This document shows positions 27,001 to 42,000 of a stretch of DNA of 64,000 bases, in pieces. The stretch lies in NCBI GenBank assembly GCA_964658305.1, contig OZ210885.1, positions 10,230,001 to 10,294,000 of the forward strand, read 5' to 3'. Made by a program: the position numbers and the translations under genes. Under the pieces are notes generated by a model, which saw only the letters and a list, made by a program, of their open reading frames with translations, ran no database searches and had not been told where the DNA came from. The first letter of the stretch is position 1. Every line of letters begins with the position of its first letter. The stretch comes from Leptogorgia sarmentosa. Lineage: Eukaryota.

Positions 27001-30000
27001 TGATTTCACAAATATGCATATTAGGGTTGCATGTGTAAATCATGTTGCGATCGCATGCTATTTCCACTGTATAGGACGTGGGTAAAATGACGTCTTTCAA
27101 AGACGCATCAGGATTTTGCCAATCCCAGATGAACACATGGTTATCATTGCATCCAATTATAACTTGCAACCCATCAGAACTAAAGCGAACAATCTCAATC
27201 TCATCGCCATCGCGATAAATTCCATTGATCACACTGCCATTAGACAAATTCCACACCTTCAAAAATAAAAGGAAAAATTAATATTCTGTATGAAGCGCAA
27301 CAAAACTTGTGACTATAATGATTTACCAAAACTAATTGTGAATATAATAACTAACAAGCAGATAGGTTTCGTTACTTATATTATGCGTGCTACTCAAAGC
27401 GATTACTGGAAGTCAGTTTTTAAAGATGAAGATAGGGCATAAAAAGTTAGTTAATACGTTCAAGATTAGTTTTTACGTTTTATTTTCCAAAATATACGTA
27501 CACTGAGCAATAATATGACTGGACAAAGCTTCTGTAATGCATAAATAAGCGGCAAATGGCGGCCATATTCTGGTCTCCAAAAATGGCGTCTTTTTCCTTT
27601 TAAATTTGGCAGTGAATAACTAATGAGGTCACACCAAGATGGACGCCGTGTGATTCATGATAAAGCTTTTAAACGTTCTAGAAACCACTAGAAAATTTAT
27701 GACAAGCTCTGTGTATTGTTGAACTGCGCAAAAGAAATTTTCAGGGCCGTAGCTAGAGCGTTAATTGGGGGGGGGTGTATATTCATATATTCGTGCTATG
27801 CCCGACGGATTTCTTTTGTTTTTAAGTTAATTTCAAAAGAAATTAGTCGGGCAGAACATGAATATATGAATATACCCCCCCCCCCCCAATTAACGTTGTA
27901 GCGACGGCCCTGGACATTTTCTTTATAATCTGACCGTGCATGTTGTGATACCATTTATGGAAACTGCGATCGATTTCACCCATTTTAGTATTTCATCTCA
28001 TTATTTCATCAACTTCAAAATTATTACTGAATTGAAAGGGATGATAAATTCAGTACTTCGAGATCAGTGGGTTAAAAGGCTCGAACAGCACGTTTTGCCA
28101 TTTCATGAAAATAAGTCGCGCGAAAGTCCCAGAAAGCCATCTTAATGAACAGCATTTACAGTTGTACTGCTTTGTAATACGAGCGACGATTATTGAGATA
28201 TTTTACGCCCTTAATTTAAAAAGTTGTGTTGTTTCAACGCATAACTCGAATAGCAATGGATCGAGTTTATGGTGAATTGAAAAGGACATCGTCTTTTACC
28301 GAGTCCCTTCTTGCGCGAAGTAGATAACCAACTTTGAAACGAGTTCAGTAAGTTTAGTAACTTGTGTTCCTGAACTACGCAAATTCAACTGTTAGTTAGA
28401 TTAAATTAGTTGCTCTGAATATATTCCGTAAACGAGTGGTAAAAGATTGCTTTACCGCAATGTGAAAAATGTGAAATTGTGTGAAATTTTACCGTATCCT
28501 TTGCTAACCAACTAGGCAACCAACCAATACCAATAGAGGGTTAAGGTTAATGTCAAGTCGGTTCGACGTACCGTTCCTGCGTGCGACATGCATTTTACTA
28601 CCTATATAGGGACGACCGCAACTGTTGAGGTATTGCGCATATGACAATTCCAATTACGAAATCTGTTTACCTGTGTGTGTGTGGGGGGGGGGGAGGAGGG
28701 AGGGGTATATATAAAAATAAGGCGCTAAAAAACATGTTTTCGGGCATTTTCAGGGCGGATTTTGTTCAATTGGCATAATCATGCATGATCATCTGGAAAA
28801 AACCTAATATCAATTCACACTGTATAAAAAAAAGATATTTTCCTATGTTCAGAAAGACAACTAATTCACGACTTCATTGACTTCGGGTGAGTGGGGAGGG
28901 CCTCCAGAGATCTCATCTTACTGCGGGTCAGCTTTCTAAGATACAGTACCAACTGCGACGTTAGGAATTAGGCTTATGTGTGTGGAGTAAGAAATATAAT
29001 TTCCATCACTCTAACACTATTCTAGTAACATAATCTTGGTAATGATTTTGTTCAATTTTTGTCCATATTTTATGTATGCATTTAACAGTTTAACTGCATG
29101 TATACAACCGCGTGAATAAAGCTACTGGTGGAAAGTTTGACTGGTTTGCTTGAGTTCAGGAGTCTATTCCAATTTTCGTTATACAAATAATGAAACGACC
29201 ATGCAAATTGTGGAAAATTCAGAAAAGGAGCAGGATCAGGCAATTGATACAAAGTATGTTCAACTTCAAAATATTTAAGTTTTATTCGCCTCAGAGTTTT
29301 AACGGGTTGTTTTAGGAAATTCAACAAAGAGCAACCAACAGTCTTGCTCACTACCCTCACTACCACCCCCATCTAGTCATCGATATATATACAGGATTAT
29401 CTCGAGGGTCATATTAATTGGACTATATCAAATGTCAATTATACATATAGATACCGATCTTGAACAATATATATCTTGTGTCGCATCACAAATAGGTAAA
29501 CTCGTACATGAGACAACTTCAGCATTCAGTAAGTTGTACATGTTGCTGGGTCTTCCAGCAAGACAAAATAGGTAGTAAGTATTTTTCCCGAATAGATGAC
29601 AAATTTGGTGGGATTTTAGTAATGGAGATATTTTACGATCGGGTTAAATCTGGTTCCAGATTATCTAACTACAATACAAATAAAAGTTGTATTATAGTAC
29701 TCATTTGTGTTGGTAGTGGCTTTATTAACAGGCAGCAAAGAGTCTACTCACTACCTAAATAATTTAAACAGATTTTACGTTTCGAGCAAAGGGCCTTCGC
29801 TGGGATCGAATATTGTGTTACACTAATTCCCGACGAGGGCCCTTTCGCTGGAAACCTCAAATCCGTTTGTATCGCTTGTAGGTATTGAGTAGACCTTTAT
29901 TTGTTGTTGACGTTGCCATCTGCTACCTACACTGGTCACATACTCATACTTCAATTATTATCTATCATGGGTTATGTGTACGTTGACCTGAAACCGTCAT

Positions 30001-33000
30001 CATATACAGGGGGTGGACAAAAAAAAGTGGCCCCCAGAACAATTCGGTTTTTACTGAAAAACATCTCTTTCAAGTAATCGACAATGCAGAACCCCGTTTG
30101 GTTTGAGTACGACCTAAGCAAATTTATAAATCTTTCAACCTAAGCAAATTTAAATCTTAAAATTTAAATCCTCTTTAAATCAGCAAGGTTGTGGAGCTTG
30201 CCGCTTATAAACCGAATTGTTCTGGGGGCCACTATTTTTTGTCCACCCCCTGTAAGTCTGAATGAAGTTGATGTATAGTTTGTCTTAAATCTTGCATGAG
30301 AATCCATTCCATAACACATGGTAAATTAGTAACTTACTGAATCTGTCGAAATAGCTGTTTATGAAATTGAAAGGCGATGCTTCAATGCTCGTATCCATAT
30401 ACTGATATACAATTTTCCTAGACTATTTTTAATATTAAAATATAAACTACTTCAAACGGTCATTCTTATGTTTTCTTATATGTATTATATGTAAATGTAC
30501 ATTTCTTTCGGTTCCGATTTAAAATATATCAGGACGAAGTCCTGGAATGGATTAAATGTGAAGTTACAGGTTTCAAAACAAAGCGCAAGACGCGGATGTC
30601 GTGCAGTTTAAGGCAGAGTTTCCAGTTCATGCCTTCGATTTTTAGGGTCTGATACAAACCTTCTTTAATTTTAAGAACACATCTGATATAACATCAGAAA
30701 ATCAAAGTTATAGTCAGGGGCGTACATATCGATTTTGTATGGGGGGGGGGTGTAAATCATAATGGAGACCGATTCGAGTGCCGAAGGCATGAGAAACTTA
30801 GGGGGTCTGGGGGCATGCCCCCCCCCCCCCCAGAGAAATTTTGAAATTTGGGTCTCGGAAATGGCATTTCCGGCATTTTGAGAGCATGTTATTTCTTAGA
30901 AGGAAGGTGTTAAAACGCCTGTCCGCGCAAAACACCATTAGAGACCTTAAGATTACACGACGGCGACTCCAACGGCAACGTTGAAACGGGGAATGAGCTG
31001 GACCGAGAACGCTGTCGCGTCGTACACTTCCGAGAACGCCATCTCATGGCTGTGTTGATATATGTTTAAATCTTGACAAAATGCAGAATGAAAGATGTAC
31101 TGTCTATGCTCTTAATATACTGTAGGCTTTAATTGTTTGTCTTTGTTTGAAGGTACAAAAATTATCAATATATTCTCTATAAATACTTCAAACAAGTCTA
31201 TTTACAGCCATAAGCGTACGGGCTACATTTTTTGATGGGATTTGAAGGTAGCGAATGTCACGAGGCGCCACCATGGTTGGCGCCGAGCGAGAAATTTTTG
31301 AACTTTTACAACCTCTGGATTGCCGGAAACGGTGATTTCAGAGTCAGAGTGGGGGGCAGTTGCCTCCCTTGCCCCACGCCGCGTACGCCTATGTTTACTG
31401 CAAAGTCGTCGCGTTGCAGCCACTACGCCAGAACACGAGTTTTCACGTCGGCGACTCAAATGCGCGACGTTGCAAACTGCAAAGTCAGCAAAAACTAGTT
31501 CACCTGTTACTTCAGGTTGGTGTTGCCGTCACAGTTTTCTCGCAATCTTAAGGTCGCAAATGACGCCTGTCCGCATAACACCATTCGTAAACTGCATAAT
31601 CACTTTACTTTTTATAATTTATTGTTATGAATGCAGTCGGTCTCGAGATAATATGTCGGTCTTCGCTCAGCAACGTATTTAATCCTTCTATTATTTGAGA
31701 CCTGTTGTACGTATTTTGAGACCGACTGGCCAGTGCCTTTGGGGGTGGACCACCCCCCCCCCCCCCCATATTCACGCCCCTGGTTATAGTTTCTGCCAAT
31801 CAATCGAAATCTGCGTATAACACATACTGACACCTGTACGCTGACGATGTCCCGTGTTTTCTTCATGAATTATTAATGCTTTCACAAGTATATGTACCCA
31901 TGTTTTGTAAAAATTGTATACATTCCTAATAATGAATACGCCGAGTCGAAACGTGGAACAAACAATTAAAAAAATTTCTTGTGTTCGGATGTTTGTATTT
32001 CTATATGTACAGTATAGCTAGTAGCCTTGTGTACCATACCTTTATCGAGGACTCCGTTGGGTTCGTTCGTAGAACTGACAGCGACACGACATAGCGATCA
32101 TCAGCAGAGACTGCAACATGTTTTGCCCATTCAAGGTCACCTATTAATCAGGAAGGAAAAATAATCAATTCAGAAATTGAAGTAACAGTCACAAATGAGT
32201 GAATGTGAATGATCAGCTTGGACGCGTTATTAAAATTAATGTAGAAATTAAATCTTTGCAATTTAAGGATTTAAATACAATGAAAAGAAAAATCTTGAAT
32301 AGTGGATTAAATACTGTATCTAATATAACTTGATACTTTAACAAGCAGCAAAATTTCTACTCACCAACCGAACGATAGGCAGTGAATTTGTTTCTAATGT
32401 TTAGGTAGTAAGTAGAACTTTTGTTGCTTATTGATGTTATTATATCCGGAACCTACACTGGTCGCATATTGAACCTTATTCTAGTGGACTAGACCATAAA
32501 CTATCAAAAGAATGGACTGCCGGGAAAGGCACGCTGAAACTGCAGAACAACCGTGATACGCTTTATGTGGAACCCTGTAACTTCACATTAAATCCATTCC
32601 AAGACTTCCAGATGATCTCGTATTTGTGTTTCAGCCAATCAGCGCTCAGAAAGGGTTGCCCGAATAGAAATCCATTTTGCTATATTCACACGATTATATC
32701 TTTCGTTATTCTGTACGAAACTACTTGAGATTTTGTAATCATGTTTGGTTATGAGAACTATAGCTCTGACAAAAATATGGAATCGAAATATATTATATTA
32801 TGAGAGGAGAGATATTCAGTTGTTTCGGTCGAAAAATGGATTTCTATTTGACAGCTAGTCCCAGTCCTTTTCCGTGTATCGAGATCACCTGGTTGGTATT
32901 GACATATTTCAAACCAGAAGAGAAATGAGTGTGCATCTATCCACTGTTCAAGGCAAAAAATCACTTTTGCAATAAGTAACGAGAATTTTTATATCATGAT

Positions 33001-36000
33001 TGAGACCGAATTTTTATATCATGATTTGGCTTGCGTTGTGTTTGTCATTGTTGTCTATCAGCATCAAATATTCCGTATCTCTACACTCTTCTGTATAGTC
33101 CTGTAATAAACTTCACAGTTGCTCGTTTGTACCGTTATTAAAACTTATTATATACCAGTCGTCAAAGTTTCCCTTTTCTTGTGTTTGATTGGTCGAGAGC
33201 GTATCACGTGAGAGTGACGAAATTAGACTGTCTCCCTCGCATCAGCAAGAGAGGGAGATAATACGTTATTCACCGGTGAACAACAACAAAAAATCACGTG
33301 CGCCATCACGTGAAGACGCGACCTTTGGACGACCTGCTAATGCTTTAATTTAATTTAATTTAATATTTTAAGAATAAAATATTTCGTGCATTCTTGTTCA
33401 CTTGTTCCACTTTATTTTGTCGTTTCTTTGACTATTGGTATATAATAAAGCACTTATTGACTGGGCCCTCGGGAAACCAGTGTGTTTTGTGGACCCTCGA
33501 CCATCGATGTTTCCCTCAGCTTCGCCTCGGGAAACATCGACGGTCTCGGGTCCACAAAACACACTGTTTCCCTTGGGCCCAGTCAATAAGTGTTAAGTGT
33601 ACAATTACGGAATATTTGATACACACAGACGACAATGACAAACACAACACGACCGAAATATCAAAATATAAAATATCTTACTCTTAGCACTTATTGTTTT
33701 GTTTTCAAGGAGGTTTATATCGTCATTCTGCATGAAACTATCTAAAATTTTGTGATTATCATTGTTTATAAGAATACGAAAGTAATTCTTTTCTTTACAT
33801 GCAATTATCTTAGGGAATACAAATCAAAAGGCAATTAACGTAATCAATCTACGAAAGCCTGCTATCCATTCAACTGTACTTAACCACCGGTTTTCTGTCT
33901 TCATATCAGTGCAGAGCGTTGCGGACAAGAACGTTTCTCATTAACTATTCCGATTTGCTAATTATACACGAGTATCTACAAGATTTGAATTTCCAGGTAA
34001 ATCTGTTCTACGCAAAAATAGTAGTTTTTGAACATGGTACAGTACTTGAAGCACAAAAATTAACAAGATTGAGGCTAGGTTAATATGAATTTAGTAAAAT
34101 GAAAATGAATTTACTGAAATGAAATGAAAACGAGATCGTCCGCAACCTATTTATAAGAAAGCTGGCCCAAATAGACAATTTGAACTATACCTGTGACAGA
34201 AAAGCACTGTGTGTGAAGATTCCAAACTTTGAAACTTCCATCTGTAGATGTGGAAACACATCTAGAGTCACCACGAGCGATTGCAATATCTGTGACGTCA
34301 TTTGAATGATCAGAGAAAGTGTTTTGTTCCATGTACGCAGCAGTTCCCAGGTTCCAAACCCTGATACTTCCATCGAATGACGCTGTCAATACCTTCTTCG
34401 CATTGGAAATTATTGCAACACCGCTGAAATATTACAAGTTGATTGTTTATTTCTAATAAATATAATATTTCTAATTGCGATCTCTGTCATACTATTGATT
34501 GTTTAAGAAAGCAATGTTATCAAAATATGCTGTATAATTTATTCATACGTGATCAGGGAAATATGTCGTATTCACCAAATTTTAGTGCAAATAATAAAAA
34601 CTACATCTATGGGCACTTTATTTTTTGCAAAAATCTTTCTTTCATTAAGAAGATAGATAGATAGATAAAACCTTTATTTACACAAGGAGTCCCGTCAGTA
34701 ATAAAAATTACTGTTAACAATGGGAACCCTATAGACATATTGTGTAGTTCAGTACTAAAGATTGTAACGAAAGCATCAATACAAGATAGAGTAATGATAG
34801 ATGTACAACAGGTAAAATTATGTTGCATTGGATGTCATACGCTTTGGACTAAATTTTAGTCTAAGCAAGATGAACAAAATCTTTCACCAATTAGTAATAC
34901 TGCAAAATTCAATCGCAAAAGGTTGCAAAGTCCGGCAAATACAGTCCTTTAAAGTTGACAAATTTGTATACTTTTTGTATTTGCGTGAATTTTATATAGT
35001 AGCTAATTTAATTATAATTTTCAGCGCCCGTGATACAAATGGATACCAATCTGCAACTTCGCACGGCTATATTTTCCGTATTTAGCACTTTCCGCATTCA
35101 ACACCCAGGAAGCGGGCGAGTGGGCCGGGCAGGCTACTGCACCCACCCCCTCCAATAACTTGCCAGAATTCTGGTAACGATCTTTTTGTAAAAATGAAAT
35201 ATATAAAGGAATCTAGACTTCAACAAGATTTAATAGGTCTCTCCCCAAACCCGCCTAGAGCGTAATCACTAATATGCATTTTCAAGCGCCCAATCGTGAG
35301 TTCTTTTCGATGGGCATTGTATTATCCAACATTTCACAACCAAACATTTAGTTTTTCTAATTTTGATAACGTCACAAAATGTCCTTCGTTTATCCCTCAT
35401 TAAAATCTTTCTAAAGCGCAAGTCGTCCATTGCAAATAAGCTTAAAGTATGTAGCACGACTATAGCCGGGAGCCGCCAATTAGTATGATGGTGTAATAAA
35501 TAGAAATTCTTATGACTGAAAATTAATTTCATGGAGTTCATGCTCGCTATCTTTTCAAGTAATCAAAAACCGATTTCAAGAAGCAGTACGTCTTAGTCTG
35601 ACTGGGAAATATTGTATTAAATGTATACAATGGATAAGACAGAATATGGAGCGCCTTAAGCTTAATGTTATATATTGGCTCTTCGTTGTTGCCTTGCCAT
35701 ATAACGATATTTTCGAGAAAATAGCGGTAAATTAGATATAGTTCCTAGAGTGAACCCACCTGATGTACTCGGTATGACCTTCATAACAGGAAAGGCACTT
35801 TCCAGTGTGGAAACACCACAACCTCACACTTCCTTCATCGTCTCCAGAGATAATATACTTTTTATCACCGCTCACAGCAATACGGGAAACATAAGATTGA
35901 AGAACGTCAAGGGTACGAATTTCCTGATACGTTTTTAAATCCCAAATTTTTATTGTCCCATCGTATGAACCAGACACAAGCATTGGATTGTTTTTTCCTG

Positions 36001-39000
36001 AATCTAAACGAGAACATCGCACTTTAGTCGAACTGGCAAAAAAAAAACAAGGGAAAGCAAAGTACATGATATCCTAAATATATTCAATAACTCGATCGTT
36101 GACAGGAGAGATTTTCATATATGCATTCTGCAAGTCCAGGCAATGGATTCTGCTGTAATCCATATACAGAAAGTTTATTTTGTTAATACCGTTAGGATAT
36201 TGAAGACAAATTGACGCAAAAAAGTAATTCCAATGTGTCAGGATAAGCTTGAAATACTCAAAATATGGCCGAACCGTCTGGCACGTACAATAGTCATGAT
36301 CATGAATGAATTGTGCAAAGTATATTGGGTAATCAGTTGAAATATGCACACAAGCAAATTGTCTCAAATATTTTTAGAAAGCTAGCATAGATATATCTAA
36401 TAGCCATTTTAAAATACTCTTAGCATATACGAATACAACCAGAGCCTAAAAATTTGAAAGAAATCAGAAAGTCCTAAAATAGTGCTTGTACATGAAAGCA
36501 CTGGCTACCACCATACTAACAATTAAGGAAAGACTTTGCTTTCTTTCTAGGCATAATTTTTAATTACAATATTAGAATGCTGTTGCATGCAAGTATTTTT
36601 GTGCAGTAATTGGGAAAATTTATTCCAAAACATGATATTCCCCTCCAATCCTTGCTTTATTGAACCATTGTGTTTTTAAAGGAAGTTTATAATAAAGAAT
36701 ATGTTTTATCCGAAAGAAACAGCACAAATATAATTCTGAAGAGACTCTATTGAAGTAAGATCTTCAAAATGTTATGAAATATTAACTCATACAGTATTGC
36801 ATACCTGTTGCGACAACGCATGCCACATCATCTGTATGGCCAACCAAACTGGCCTCGAAATTTAGTGTATCGGCTTTCCACAACTTGATAGTCTTGTCAC
36901 GATATCCAACAGTAGCAATGAACTGTCCATCTTTGGTCGTACACAGCGACATGACTCCCTCAGGAATACTTGTTGAGAGGTTTTCTCCGGTAGAAACACA
37001 ATACACTTTCAGCCCTACAACGCATGATGGATACTCGTCAGATTGATGTTTCAATAATGTCTAACCCTAGACGATTTTGTGAAATCTTGTTTTTAATTGT
37101 GTCCCTCTCCGGCGCTGAACATGCTCTGGCTGTTGCCAGCTTATGTTTTTACACTGCGTTTCACTGCGCTCTACACGACGTTTACAGTTAACCGCTGGTT
37201 TGAAGATACGCAGTCGCTGGAATCCTCAAACCAGCTGTTGCAATTATTGTTTGAATATGAACAATTTCTACTTTTGGCGAAGATTGAGAGGTGCTACTCA
37301 AACAGACGTATCTGGTTTTCCCAGGAAATCATTTTACTACAGCTGCGTTGAAAACTGCTGTTCCTGGCATCAAACACAAAACGAATTAGTGAATATGGTC
37401 CAATCACACGATACCATGCCGTTTGTAAATTTCATAAACCCACCCTCCACCATGGCTACATTGTTGTCAAATTGTATGCATTGTACAGGGCATCCATACC
37501 AGTGGTACTGTTGGTAAAACTTGGCTACAGATCGTGAAATTTACAACCGTGAAACAAGGGCCATGTATGGCAGTTGGGCTTCGTTCAAAATAATGAAAAT
37601 ATACTTTGTTTTCAAATGTAGTCGATTATGTACAACAGGTTACAGGTACGAATTCAGATAAAATGGTTGAAATGTACGACGGATTAAGAACGAGCTCTCT
37701 TTCTCTCCAACCCGTTTCCGAAAGTTGAAATACAAATTATTAATTCTTTTTTTTTCACTGAGTATATACCTCATTGAAAATCCCCCAGGATTGACGCCCT
37801 TGGTAGCTAGCTGAAACAATTTTGTTGGCTTTTAAATTGTGCTTGGATGTTGACAGTATATTAATTGTTCTATTACAGTCAAACTTTTACTGTTGTCATT
37901 GTTTCTGCTTTATAGGAACTTATTTCAGTGTGCTTCTTTTTACGGAACGTTTTTGCCTTTTGGGTATAATTGAAGCTGCAGAAGAGATGTTAAATAGCTA
38001 TAATATGTTCGATAAGAAATAGCAGAATTAAAATGCATATCATATGCAGAATTCAGGAGAATATTTCGTAGAGTTAGCATAGTAAAAATGTGAAGCTAAG
38101 AGGTATAATTAAGAGGCCATCCACAACAGTTCAACCGAGGGCCGACACTGGAGATTTACGCCGCTGAATTTGCAACGTAAAACAAACATTTTGTGAACGT
38201 ACTTTCAAGTATTTTTATTTGAAGAAAAAATAATTATTTTAATTTAATAAAAGTATTCCAACATTGAATTTGGTACCGGCGGGGTAACATATTTCCGAAA
38301 GTACATGACCATTTGCGGAGTTATTTGACAAACATAGTATGAAAAGGATTTAATTTTTTCTCCAATGGCATCGTTGCTGGCGTTCCTTCAGAACCGTTAA
38401 ATCCGTACACGTCAGCAAAATCTTATTTCTTATCGAAACTCGCGCACTTTAATACTAACTTTTAAGCAGAGCGGAAGTCGAGAAAACGTTTATGCAAATT
38501 TTCGTTTACCTATTCTGAACAACATTTTGATATCCTTGTTTGATTTGTGTTTAAGATGCTTACCATCGTCTGTTCCAATAAACACTCGCTGATCATCTGC
38601 ACTGAAATCCAGATCATTAACAACACTCTCCCCTTGGAACACAAAAAGCTGTTCATAATTATCCATTTTCCAAAGGATTGTACTTCTGTCCACCGACCCC
38701 GACGCTAGTATTGTTCCACTTTGTGACACAGCCAAACAGGTAACTCCCACAGAATGTCGCTGTAGTTGTTGAACTTCTCTACCTGTTTATAAAATACGAT
38801 AGCACATATATAAAAGGGTGTAATAGGTAATTTTCACTCACATCGTTACTACATTGGGAGTATTGTTCAAAACATTGCGGCGATAAAATAAACTAGGGAT
38901 CCAAGGATAGTGCAAAGTTTCTAAGGCCTAGGTCGATATAGGCAGTCAACTACGGAGTTTCGCATGTCAGGAGAATTTGGGACGCTCCCCCCGGAGTTTA

Positions 39001-42000
39001 CACTATGAATGACTGAATGACTACATGACTACATGACTACATGACTACATGACTGATGTGAATTTTCGCCACTCATCACAATACTGCAAAGTTTCTTTGA
39101 AACTTTGCACTAATTATTGAGACAAGTAACTACATTAACTAACCCATCAGCTACACTCTGTTTACATCGCTAACTTCCATTTTTACTATTACGTCCGTAT
39201 AGCAACTTAAACAGCAATGTAAGTGATAGACAAACACCGAAACGATCTTCAATACTAAAAACAAAATAACTGTAATTTTGCGGAATTTGCTGTAGCGTGT
39301 TTTACAGGCGTGTGTTTTCATTCGTTACTTCTTGGGATTTCATAAAAGTATGCCCTCATCTTGTGCAAGTCCATAGATATAGCTATCGAGCCAACTTGAA
39401 CGCTTGGGTAAGACTCGCTACCGGTCCCTGTTGGCTCGATAACTAAAGTGGTAGAGTAACGGTCAATGCCGAACAGTTTACTGAAACTTATAATATATTT
39501 ACTAGTGTTTAAAATTTAGTGGCTGATGTTGGTGGTAGAACAGAAAGTAGATAATCGGAAAACATGCATGAAGCTATAAACAGGAAATGTTCTATACAGT
39601 GAATACCAATGATTGCACAGGAATTTTGTCCTACTTGTATTTGTAATTACTGAACTTTCACATTTAAAATTGGCATATATCCATTAATTTTATGCACACG
39701 ATTTCTTAATAATTGTATGTTTTATTGTTTAGAAGAAATATGTCACTCTGTCCGAATTAGTTTTTATAGTTTGGTTAATATAATGTTGCTGACAAAAAGC
39801 ATTTCCCTTGTGCGGTATTCAGGATTTTTCTCTTTTTACGCAGTAAACATTGATTTGTCCAAGCAATGACTGAATTAATTTTGATCCCAGCATAAATCTG
39901 GATGAACATGTCTCTCCTAGTATCTAAACCAAATTTCAAATATCATCATATGACGACGACTACCGTACATGATTGGCTAATTTTCGAATGAATTATCAAT
40001 TACTTTGAGTGTAAACATTTGTTCCTCACCCATATTAACTGCATATAAACAATATTCTCATTTCAATGAATAATCAAGATTATAGCTTTTGTTTAGCTAA
40101 AAAGGCATGACTTGTATGAATATGTTTTAAATAGAGTCATAATATATACGCTATAATTCAATTTTTCTGCTTCCAAAACTAAAACTTTTCCCAAAAAAAC
40201 CGGGGCAGTGGCCTACAGGTCTAAAAAATTTGCAAAACTGGAACACGGATAATTTTCGCTCGAAATTTTGGTTTTCTCAAGAAATTTTTACTTAGCTTTG
40301 CTTATATTTTGTTGCTGTTGTTGTACATATTCAAGATTAAACCCGCGAACATATAGTTTCGATAAGGAGAACTAAGATTCTGCAAGGAAAAATCTGCAGT
40401 ACATTTGAGTTGCCCACTCAACAACTCAAATTTCCCTAAGTAGCGTTGAATAAAACATTCTGCTATAATGTGCTATAGCCAGAACTGAGACCAACCGATA
40501 TATACCATATATCAAGCCACATTACCTAGAGTGATGCGAAGCATAATGGGACGAGCCTGAGGCCATTGGGTTCCAGTGAGCTCCCTGAAATTATAGCGCC
40601 GTAAATTTCTGATGTAATCAAGATAGGTCTACTGCACCAAGTCAAACATGTACTTTATTAAAACCTTTCTATCTATTTAGTTCATTATCAGCGCTAAAAA
40701 CAAGAATTAAAGCTGAAGGCTCGCAAAAAGTTATTTGAAAAGAATCATTTGCACAGCAAAGTTTTGTCAATTAAAATGTTACTGCAACGATTTTTTCGAC
40801 CTCATTTTTTTGCGTTAAATAAATACTCAGGTCGAAAGACGAAATTTGGTGTATAGATGACTTTTGTACGTTGACAGGAAGTAGCTAAATTTCGCCTCCG
40901 AACTTCGATATCGGATGCGAACAGAACAGCCGCCATCTTGTCACCTTGTGACGTCACAAGTGTAACACGTTTAGCGAAGCTACTAGTAAATTCTGTTACG
41001 TTAGAGCTATACTCTGTGTTTCTCGTGCTTTTTTGGCCGGAAAAAAATCTTTTGAAACAAAACTTCAACATAGGCATTTTAAGATAATATATTTTGCTCA
41101 TGTCGAGTAACGAGTCTGGCGGAGACCCGCAATCGTGTGAAAGTTCCAGTGAAACTGACCCAGTGTCGGATGGCTCAGTTAACTCGGATTAGTCGGGTGG
41201 CTCGTTAGTTCATGTCACATCGCACTGCTTTGCGTACGACGACGAACCTATATATAGCAGAACCTGGGGAAACGAGTTGTGTTCCAGAAGATCCAGATGG
41301 ATTGTTGCCAGCAACTATTGAACAAAGAAGCGACGGTAGAATAACTCTGGAACAGTGGTAAGAAGATTCAAGACTGTGAAGCCTAATTAAAATAGCCGAC
41401 GTATACTAAATTTAAATTTATATTTCATTGCTTTCATTTAATATTCATCTGTAATGATATATTGTTAATTTTGATATGAATATCAATATATTGATAACAG
41501 TATAATTACTGTTTCCACATTACCGTTTCCACATTCTCATTTTCAATTATTAGATTTGTAAATACTTAAGCTGTGGCAGAATAAATTCATTCGATTTGAT
41601 ATGGAAAATTCATAGGAAGTTCATTTACCTTGTCTGTATGCTTAGTAGCTATTACAGTAGTTAGGGTTATGAAATTTCATCTGCGTTTGCTTATACGGTA
41701 TAAACATTCATGTAAATGGTTGCGTTGAAGATATTTTATTTTGTTTTTCAAACCAGCGCAGGACGTGCACGAACTACGAGTTGTAGAAGTTGTTGTTATC
41801 ACTGGGCATGTCGTCACTGGGCAAGTCAAAGGGTGTATCATCATCAATATCGTGACTTGTCATTCAACTTTCGCTGGAGAAGACACCAACTTCACTGGCG
41901 ACAATGTTTTACTCCGGCGAATTACCTTAAAATAAACGAATAATTTAAATATAAAGTGCTTCGCATATTAGTAAAATTTACCATGTGCATGGGCAAAGAA

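Noticed and set aside
37097..37517. Overlapping plus-strand ORFs in intron 8
   Set aside because: No motifs, and the minus-strand gene model closes in frame without this region.
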